Below, in pieces: positions 23,400 to 31,268 of a DNA stretch of 64,000 nucleotides. The translations under genes were made by a program, and so were the position numbers. The notes under the pieces were generated by a model. It worked only from the letters and a program-made list of their open reading frames with translations. It searched no databases and was not told the DNA's origin. Source of the stretch: Candidatus Zixiibacteriota bacterium (lineage in GTDB: Bacteria > Zixibacteria > MSB-5A5 > GN15 > JACZUZ01); assembly GCA_024280775.1 (NCBI GenBank), contig JAJRPM010000014.1:78477-142476 (forward strand), given 5' to 3'. How positions within the stretch are numbered: position 1 is the first letter of the stretch; each line of letters begins with the position of its first letter.

Positions 23400-26066
23400 T
23401 TAGCGTCTGGAGTTTGACGCTTGCCAGTTTTGGATTAAGACCATCGAAGGAATGTAATTGTCATCTAATCTAGCGTTTACCAGAAATCGCTTACCGTCCT
23501 TGAAGACATCGTAAGAGCTCCCTGTCCTCTCAGCGCGCAATCGAAAGAGCTGTGTGGCCTTGCCAACCCTGAAAGACTTACCCGAGCCATCGACATCAAC
23601 TGAAATGACATTATCTCTACTATCAACATAGAACAACTTGTCGCCCGCAGCGTTCCAGCGTGGTTTCCCACCTCCATTCAGAGAGATTTGCCATTTCCCA
23701 TCGGGAGAAGGAAAGTTTGTAACATAAATCTCCGGAGAATTGGAATTGCCGCTGTAAGCCAGCCAGCGGCCATCCGGTGAAAGAGCAGGTTCACTCTCCC
23801 AATCCTCACTATTGAGCAAAGCAACAGGCTCTGAATCATCGTTAACATTTTTGATATACACATCACTCCCGGTGATTGGGCTGAGTCGTTCGTATATCAG
23901 GTATTTGCCATCTGCAGACCAATCAGCAGGAGCTATCAACGTTGAGTCACTCAGCAAGAGAGTTGCTTCCCCTGAACCTCCAATATCGCGCAGAAATATC
24001 CTGACGACGCCTTTCGCTGAGGTGTAGGCAATTCTATTTCCAGTTGGCGACCATACCGGGTTATACTCTGAGGTTTCCTCGAATGTCAAGCGCGTTCTTG
24101 TCCCGTTCTCTAGATGTTGTATCCAGATGTCAGCGTTCGGAGCTCCCGCTTCGGTAAGGTTGAAGACAACCTTTCTTCCATCGGGCGATATCCGCGGAGA
24201 TTGTGATTGACCCGCTTTTCCAATAGTATCGAGAATTTTCCCGCTCTCATCGAGGATTCTTAGTTGATTTCTACGAGTTAATAAGCCAGCGCGATAGAGT
24301 ATCTTCCCACCTTCAACGGCGCTAAAGACACCACGACTCCAATCCGCTACATTGGTGACATTTTCGGCTACTGGAAACACGTCACCACTCTTCTCAATTA
24401 TCGTTGCGTCGAACGGCTGAGCCATAAGAACATCATCGCGAAGGAATAATATGTGTCCATCACAGAATTCCGCATTTGAACGCGCATTGATGAGACGCTT
24501 CTTTTCTCCGCCTGAGAGTGAGGCTACACAAATCGCGTCTTGCTCACCGCCCGCCTCTCCTTCGGTGCGCGCAAAATAGAGGAAGTGATCTCCATCGGGT
24601 AGGAATCTTACCCAGCGATGGGTGTAGTCTTTGAATGCAGTATCAAGAGTCAGCGCCACTTGAGGTTCTCCACCTCCGGCTCCTATGCGATATATCGGTC
24701 CGCTTGACTTAGGGGTAAAGAGGATAACATCGTCACTATTCCAACTACCGCCTCTACCTGCCGAAGCGTCACACAAGCTCAGAGCCGGCCCACCTGTTGC
24801 CAGGATTTTTCTTAGTTTCCCCCCCGAAAAGAAACCTATGCTCTTGCTGTCAGGTGACCAAAACGGGAACATGGCCCCTTCAGTCCCTTTCAATGGCTGC
24901 GCCTCAAGCGAATTCAGCGCCCTTACCCATATCATACTTTGCTCTTCACTGGCGGCGGTAGCGCTGGCCAAAAACGCCAACGCCATTCCGTTTGGAGAGA
25001 GTACTGCGTCTCCACCGGCCCAAGAGACAAATTCCGCCCCTATCGGCTCAAGAATACGACTGCGAATTTCTCCTGCGGGCTCGCCGCCGTTCGAACGCCA
25101 AAGTGTTGCAAAGATGATTGCGGCCACTGCGAGAGTTGAGACCAAAACCCACGGAAGCTTACTAGGGCTGGCGCTCTTGACGACTCTTGACTCTGAGGAG
25201 ATTGAGCCACCTTCAGAAATGAGAGTCAAAGAGCGCTTAAGATCACCAGCGGACTGCCAGCGCTCATCAGGATCCTTGCTGAGACACTGCTTGATTACTT
25301 TCTCAAGCGCCAATGGTGTCTTAGTGGTAATTTCAGAAATATCACGCGGTTGTTCTTTAAGCACAGAAGCAATTAGACTCGCGCGGCTTTTGCCCTCAAA
25401 GGCGTTTTGGCCCGTGGCCATTTGGTAGAGCGTCGCCCCAAATGCAAAAATATCACTTCGAGCATCGGCTTCTTCACCTTCGAGTTGCTCAGGCGACATA
25501 TACTGCAAGGTACCGATGATTGCGCCTTGAGTTGTCAGTGGTGTGGTACGAGTCTCAGCGCTTGAGAGTGCATCGAGAAATCCCGCCTGTGGAGTAAACT
25601 TCGCCAAACCAAAATCAAGTAGTTTTGCTCCTTCTTTCGTTAGCATCACATTACCGGGCTTGAGGTCTCGATGTACCAACCCCTGCTTATGCGCTTTGTC
25701 GAGCGCATCGGCAATTTGTATGGCAACGGCAAGAAGTTCTTCATTGGGCAATGGACCTTTGGCGAGCCTATCAGAGAGCGTCTCACCCTCGATGTATTCC
25801 ATAACCAAATAGTCGATGCCATCCTCAGAGCCAATATCAAATAGCGTACAGATATTAGGGTGATTCAGCCCAGCAATAACTTTGGCCTCGCGCTCGAAGC
25901 GCTCTTTGATGTCTGCGCTGTTGGCAACTTTCGCGTGCAGGACTTTGATTGCCACTTCTCTGTCGAGACGAGTATCAATAGCCTTGTATACTTCGCCCAT
26001 ACCACCGGCTCCGGCGGAATCGATAATTTTGTAAGGTCCAAGCTGTTTGCCTGTTTCGAGCGTCAT
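23400..26066 (-). CDS. Receptor-type Ser/Thr kinase with TM helix and PD40 propeller (STK4)
   Basis: A paralog of STK1-3. I start it at ATG 26064-26066 ([10 protein letters not shown], matching the N-termini of the paralogs and preceded by AGAGGAA) rather than the track's 26096. Confidence 0.9.
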   Translation of the reverse strand: [888 protein letters not shown]

Positions 26067-26285
26067 AGATATTCCTCTGCAAGAACGTGTGTTCAAAACG
26101 TCCCTAAATTGTCGTTGAAAACTACCTGTGTCCCAATGTCGCTATTATTGGTCAAAAACACAAATCGGACAAACGTAGTCTGATTTACGCTTACGCATTC
26201 AAATAATCTACCTTATTCACAGATTTTATATATATTGTCTACTGGAGAAAAGAACTCTCTCAACCTCGATACTCGGTGATAATTT

Positions 26286-29012
26286 ATGAAAACAACATCA
26301 ATAACTCGCTCCATTTTCGTGGCTTTGTTGGCCTGCGCAATTTCATTCCCCTCTACTTCTACTGGCGCTGCTGAGAAATCGGAGATTTGGCAATTATCGT
26401 TAGAATATGACCTGGGCTCTATGCGAGCTATTGACGCCACAGTCTGTGAGAAGGCATCTAAGAAGATTGTTACACCGGCAATTGCAGGATCGCCGGTGAG
26501 GATTTCTTATCAGGTTGAATGGCTCAATGAGTCAGGAGCAGTTGTTTTCACCACCGAAACCCAAATGCCACTGGGAACAATTACTACTTTGACAGAGGGC
26601 GAACCCTGTTTGCGTAGAATTTCAACGTCCGGTTTCCTGAACTTGCGTCTTGATGGTCCTGGCGTCAGCGCTAATCCGAAATCTATTCGCTTCACACAGA
26701 CTTCATCACGTCGCTCCAGCGGCTTCAGCGCTGAATTGCCGGAGCTTTTCAGACGAAGCTCAATTGTAGCTTCTATTGAGAATATTGGCGGTGTGGTCTT
26801 TGCGCCGGAGGGACCGGTGTCGGCGCTGAAGATTCGTGACGTTGGCCCTGATCAAAACCGATTGGTTTTTGTTTTTCTAGGTGACGGATACACGGCGGCT
26901 AATTTGGCAAATGGCGACTTTGACGCAGATGTGCAAACTGTAGTCGCGGCGTTTATTGGACGTCCGCCCTGGAATGTGTTATTCGATGCGGTGAACATTT
27001 ATCAAATCAGCGTGGAAAGTAACCAAGAGGGCGCAGACAATGACCCGCAGGGGACATTTGTTGACACCTATTTTAATTCAACTTACTGGACTGGAGGCAC
27101 AGAGCGGGCGCTGACAATCGATGGAACCGGTTACAACCGCGCGGTGGCCGCCGCAAATACTTATGTGGGCGCCGGGATGTGGGATGAGTTAGTTATGATA
27201 GTAAACTCAACCAAGTACGGCGGCACCGGCGGGGCAATTTCGGTAATATCGATGGATGGCGCAGCGCCAGAGGTTCTGCTTCATGAAATCGGCCACACAT
27301 TTGCCGGGCTAGCGGACGAATACACTTACGGCGGCACATCGCCGACAACCTGGACTCCTGAACCAAACGCTGATGTCAACTCGAATCCCCCGAAATGGGT
27401 TGAGTGGATTCTACCGAGCACACCTCTTCCGACTCCGGCGCTGGGATTCGATACTCTTGTCGGGGCATTTGAAGGTGTTAAGTACTTCCCCACTGGCGCT
27501 TATCGTCCGTGGAGTAACTGTATGATGCGTTCATTGGGGCAGGATCTAGACGCAGTGTGTCAGGAAGCTCATGTAATCGAGTTGGCTAATCGGGTCAGCT
27601 TGCTGGATGATTTCACTCCTAACGGCTCGCCAATCTTGATTGACACTAGCGGGATGCTGTTTACCACTACGCCATTGACATTCGGTGGAATCACTTATCA
27701 ATGGAAAGTGAATGGCTTGACACCAAGTTGCGGTAATGCGCAAGACTATCAGGTCAGCGGCGTGGAGCTACCCGGATTCGTAAACAATGTGGAGTTGGTG
27801 GTGAACTTCCCGACCGCGATGGTGCGTCAGGATACAATTGTAGATTCATTCTTCTGGACGGCAATTATGGATTGCAATGGCAATGGAATCAATGACAGTA
27901 TTGATATTGCCGCCGGTGAACCGGATTTCAATAATAATGGAATACTTGACGCCTGCGAGGGCGGTGGGTGTTGTGACACACCGGGTGACGCTGATGGATC
28001 GGGGACGACGAATATTGGTGATGTGACATTTCTTATTGCTCGAATCTTTAATGCCGGTCCGGCGCCTTTTTGCGCCGATGAAGGTGACCCTGATGCTTCC
28101 GGTAGCTTGAATATTGCTGATGTGACATTTCTGATTGCCCGAATTTTCTCAGGCGGCCCGGCTCCATCGTGTTTGTTTGTTGGCGCTGGCGCCGATGAGT
28201 GGACCGGACTTCCCTGCCAGATGCCAAATGATATATATGCGATTTGGGGGCTGGCGGATGACAACATCTACGCAGTGGGCAACGGCGGACTGATCCTGCA
28301 CTACGACGGGTTTGGCTGGGGACAAGAAACCGGTGGCGCCGGAAACCAATTGGTTGCGATTTGGGGGACTGCCACAGATAACATTTACGCTATTGGGGTT
28401 TCTGATGGTGTAATCCTACACTATGACGGAGTCAGCTGGAATTCTGAGCCTAATGCATCAACTTCCAACTTGTTCGGTATTTGGGGCTCCGGTCCTGCGG
28501 ATATTTTTGTGGCAGGGTTCAACATGGTGCAACACTTTGACGGGGCTAGCTGGTCAGTGTCACATCCTGAGTCATTTGCATTCCTTACCGGTGTTTGGGG
28601 AGCAGGCGCCACTGATGTTTATGTGGTTGGCTTCAGCGGCAAGATGCTTCACTATGACGGAGCCTGGAGTACTTTACCGACTGTTACGGGAAACAATTTG
28701 AATGCTGTTTGGGGTTCGGGAGCGAATGATATTTTCGCAGTCGGTGATAACGGAACTGTGCTTCACTCGACAGGCGCTTCATGGAGCATGATGTCCAGCG
28801 GTACTGGCGCTAACCTCAATTGTATTTGGGGAACTTCAGGAAGTGATGTTTATGCCGCTGGCGATAATGGTGTGATTATCCACTATGACGGAACCAGCTG
28901 GGGGCCGATGGTCGGTGGCGGAAGCGCGAATTTACACGGTATATGGGGAATCGGTTCGCAGAAACATTCTGTTGGTGAGACGGGTGTTGTTTTGCAGCTT
29001 GGTGGGAACTAA
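26286..29012 (+). CDS. Secreted multidomain protein: M64 (IgA-peptidase-like) zinc metallopeptidase, double dockerin-like module, 7-repeat beta-propeller
   Basis: A signal peptide is present. M64-like motifs are VFVFLGDGYT..NSTKYGGTGG..LLHEIGHTFAGLADEY (HExxH). The dockerin-like module is at 27969-28172. Seven ~40-aa repeats of the form (I/V)WG..x.D(I/V)(Y/F)AVG..G.(I/V)LHYDG..W occupy about 28215-29009. Confidence 0.8.
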   Translation: MKTTSITRSIFVALLACAISFPSTSTGAAEKSEIWQLSLEYDLGSMRAIDATVCEKASKKIVTPAIAGSPVRISYQVEWLNESGAVVFTTETQMPLGTITTLTEGEPCLRRISTSGFLNLRLDGPGVSANPKSIRFTQTSSRRSSGFSAELPELFRRSSIVASIENIGGVVFAPEGPVSALKIRDVGPDQNRLVFVFLGDGYTAANLANGDFDADVQTVVAAFIGRPPWNVLFDAVNIYQISVESNQEGADNDPQGTFVDTYFNSTYWTGGTERALTIDGTGYNRAVAAANTYVGAGMWDELVMIVNSTKYGGTGGAISVISMDGAAPEVLLHEIGHTFAGLADEYTYGGTSPTTWTPEPNADVNSNPPKWVEWILPSTPLPTPALGFDTLVGAFEGVKYFPTGAYRPWSNCMMRSLGQDLDAVCQEAHVIELANRVSLLDDFTPNGSPILIDTSGMLFTTTPLTFGGITYQWKVNGLTPSCGNAQDYQVSGVELPGFVNNVELVVNFPTAMVRQDTIVDSFFWTAIMDCNGNGINDSIDIAAGEPDFNNNGILDACEGGGCCDTPGDADGSGTTNIGDVTFLIARIFNAGPAPFCADEGDPDASGSLNIADVTFLIARIFSGGPAPSCLFVGAGADEWTGLPCQMPNDIYAIWGLADDNIYAVGNGGLILHYDGFGWGQETGGAGNQLVAIWGTATDNIYAIGVSDGVILHYDGVSWNSEPNASTSNLFGIWGSGPADIFVAGFNMVQHFDGASWSVSHPESFAFLTGVWGAGATDVYVVGFSGKMLHYDGAWSTLPTVTGNNLNAVWGSGANDIFAVGDNGTVLHSTGASWSMMSSGTGANLNCIWGTSGSDVYAAGDNGVIIHYDGTSWGPMVGGGSANLHGIWGIGSQKHSVGETGVVLQLGGN

Positions 29013-29017
29013 GAGCT

Positions 29018-29066
29018 ATGTCATTCTGAGTTTCTGTAGGTCAAATCCCCTTCTAAGGGACTTGAC
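29018..29066. repeat. Partial R5 motif (TGTCATTCTGAG) plus an R6 palindrome copy
   Basis: GTCAAATCCCC-TTCTAA-GGGACTTGAC at 29040-29066 is the R6 hairpin in its complementary form. The preceding TGTCATTCTGAG matches the arms of the R5 hairpin. Confidence 0.7.
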
Positions 29067-29089
29067 AATATCATCTATACCTGCCCGCA

Positions 29090-29164
29090 ATGTCATGCTG
29101 AGCGTAGCGAAGTATCTTGTTAGGTTTGGCCGAGAATAGATTCTTCGCTACGCTCAGAATGACA
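29090..29164. repeat. R5 palindromic element (TGTCATGCTGAGCGTAGCGAAGTATC ... GATTCTTCGCTACGCTCAGAATGACA)
   Basis: The ~26-nt arms are inverted repeats with 2-3 mismatches around a ~23-nt loop. A related copy lies at 50689-50743. Confidence 0.75.
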
Positions 29165-29208
29165 CTATTCTTACAACTTGTGACGGCATTGTTTCTTACA
29201 GAACAACT

Positions 29209-29235
29209 GTCAAGTCCCTTAGAAGGGGACTTGAC
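29209..29235. repeat. R6 palindrome copy (perfect 10-bp stem)
   Basis: GTCAAGTCCC-TTAGAAG-GGGACTTGAC. The flanks (CAGAACAACT.. / ..CTGCTGG) also resemble the flanks of the copy at 15195. Confidence 0.75.
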
Positions 29236-29272
29236 CTGCTGGAATTTCTGATTGAATCATGGGTTGTTATTT

Positions 29273-31105
29273 TCAATTCTTGTTGGCGCTTGTGTGGTCT
29301 CTTATTAGGGGGAGGAATTCGTCGGCGTATTTTTGGGCCTTGGATTCTCCTACTCCGTACATCTCCAGGAAGGCGGCTCTATCGAGAGGTTTCTTGCGGG
29401 CCATATCTCGCAAAGAAGTGTCGTGAAAGACTACATAGGGTGGCGCTCCGGTTCTTCCGGCTATGGTTTTGCGAAGAGCGCGTAGCTCATCGAAGAGATC
29501 TTTGTCTACACCTTCCCAATTTTCTGAAACCTGTTTGCTGGTTCTTGTTTTGGCCTTTTTCTCGACGGCCTTTAGTAAGCGCGGGGTGTCTTCTCCGCGC
29601 AGGATATCACGACCGGGTTCAGTTATCGCCAGCACATTGAACTCACCGGTTTTCTGCAAGTATCCTTGAGAAACCAATTGCTCAACCCAATCACGAACTG
29701 CGCGCGCCGGGTATTCGCTTAGTATGCCATAAGTGCTTAGAGTGTCATGACGAAACTCTAGTATGCGTTTTTCCTGTGAGCCGACTAAGACCTGGGTTGT
29801 GTAAGCGGCGCCGAAACGCTGGTCGAGACGCATGACACAGGAGATGATTTTCTGCGAAATCAATAGCGCATCGTCTGCAAGGTCCAATTGTCCGAGACAG
29901 ATATCACATGCATCACAGGATATGGCTTTCAAGTCCTGGCCGAAGTAATTCACCAATCCTCTATGGCGGCAAGTTACCCCGGTGCAGAAATCGTAGATGT
30001 CGTTTAGTTTTCTTAGCGAAATCTCCAGGCCGTCCTGCTCGGAGTTTTCCAGGATGCGCTTCCAGGTTCCGTAGTCACCTCCGCTGTAAAGCAGGAGACA
30101 TTCGGCCTCGAGACGATCACGACCGGCGCGACCACTTTCTTGCTGATAATGTTCAATTGACTTGGGCATACCGGCGTGTATTACAAAACGCACATTGGAT
30201 TTGTCGATGCCCATGCCGAAGGCCACAGTTGCGACAATTACATCGATGTCCTCATTTATGAACGCCTCTTGATTGGCTTTGCGCTGTTCGGGTTCAATTC
30301 CGGCGTGGTATGGCGCGGTTTTGAAACCAGCCTGATTGAGATTGTCACACAACTTCTCTACATCCAGCCGTCGGATACAATACACTATTCCAGACTCCCC
30401 GGGATGTCTCTTTATGGCCTCGGTTACCTGTTCTAGCGTCTTATTTTTGCGTTCGACTTTATACAGCAGGTTCGGTCTGTCAAATAAGCCAACTAATATC
30501 TCGGGGTCATCAAGGCTGAGTTGCTCTACGATGTCGTCTCTGACTTTCTCGGTGGCGGTGGCGGTGAAGGCGTGGATGGGTGTTCCGGGAAAAACAGATT
30601 TCAATTCACTGAGTCTACGGTATTCGGGGCGGAAATCATGTCCCCACATGCTGACACAATGCGCTTCATCGAGAATAATCGCTTCAATATTCGCATCTTT
30701 AAGTAACTCAAGACCGCCTGCGCCAAGCAGACGCTCCGGAGCCAGATAGAGCAACTTGAGTGAGCCATCATTTAGCAGGCGCAAAGTTTCGCTTCGCTCA
30801 TCAGGAGACTGACTGCTATCGAGTCTTCCGGCGGAGACTCCAGAGTAGATAAGCGCATCGACCTGATCTTTCATTAGAGAAATCAGCGGCGAAACAACCA
30901 CTGTCAGGCCCGCGCAGAGGAGGGCGGGGGCTTGGAAACAGAGGGACTTGCCGCCACCGGTGGGCAGGACTACCAATGAATCGCGTTTCGCCAAAGCCGC
31001 AGACATGGCCTCGGCTTGTTGAGGCAGAAGGCTATCGTAGCCCCAGTGTTTCTTGACTATGCGTTTTACCGCATCAAGTTTTGGCTCATCAAGTAGGTTT
31101 TGCAT
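29273..31105 (-). CDS. recQ: ATP-dependent DNA helicase RecQ
   Basis: The 610-aa ORF has ..GYDSLLPQQAEAM..LPTGGGKSLCFQ..DEAHCVSMWGHDFRPEY..FTATAT.., a Zn-binding region CDACDIC, and a C-terminal HRDC-like region. Confidence 0.95.
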   Translation of the reverse strand: MQNLLDEPKLDAVKRIVKKHWGYDSLLPQQAEAMSAALAKRDSLVVLPTGGGKSLCFQAPALLCAGLTVVVSPLISLMKDQVDALIYSGVSAGRLDSSQSPDERSETLRLLNDGSLKLLYLAPERLLGAGGLELLKDANIEAIILDEAHCVSMWGHDFRPEYRRLSELKSVFPGTPIHAFTATATEKVRDDIVEQLSLDDPEILVGLFDRPNLLYKVERKNKTLEQVTEAIKRHPGESGIVYCIRRLDVEKLCDNLNQAGFKTAPYHAGIEPEQRKANQEAFINEDIDVIVATVAFGMGIDKSNVRFVIHAGMPKSIEHYQQESGRAGRDRLEAECLLLYSGGDYGTWKRILENSEQDGLEISLRKLNDIYDFCTGVTCRHRGLVNYFGQDLKAISCDACDICLGQLDLADDALLISQKIISCVMRLDQRFGAAYTTQVLVGSQEKRILEFRHDTLSTYGILSEYPARAVRDWVEQLVSQGYLQKTGEFNVLAITEPGRDILRGEDTPRLLKAVEKKAKTRTSKQVSENWEGVDKDLFDELRALRKTIAGRTGAPPYVVFHDTSLRDMARKKPLDRAAFLEMYGVGESKAQKYADEFLPLIRDHTSANKN

Positions 31106-31268
31106 TTGCGCCTTTCTAAACTGAATTGGCGGCGACTTTTGGCGTGTGGCGAGTGAATGGCAGGTCTAAACGAGGTGTCGTTTGTAACCGCGCTGGTGGG
31201 AATATATGCGATTGCGTCTTAGGAATGCAAATTACCTGTTGGAGGCAGGCGAAGAATGTGATGTGAGG

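Noticed and set aside
12890-26066. The kinase array as a known anti-phage or toxin-type defence system.
   Set aside because: There are no nuclease, NTPase, TIR, Sir2, reverse-transcriptase or other effector-type domains in or next to the array. The PD40 ectodomains and TM helices point to envelope or environmental sensing instead.
26067-26096. N-terminal extensions suggested by the longest-ORF track: STK4 to 26096, moaC to 1816, mobA to 3919, lepA from 56541, the fibre gene from 51178, the lipoprotein to 54539, the regulator from 45772, engB to 62768.
   Set aside because: In each case an internal start gives a better model. It either matches the N-terminus of paralogs or family members, yields a proper signal peptide, or removes an overlap with the upstream gene or a terminator hairpin.
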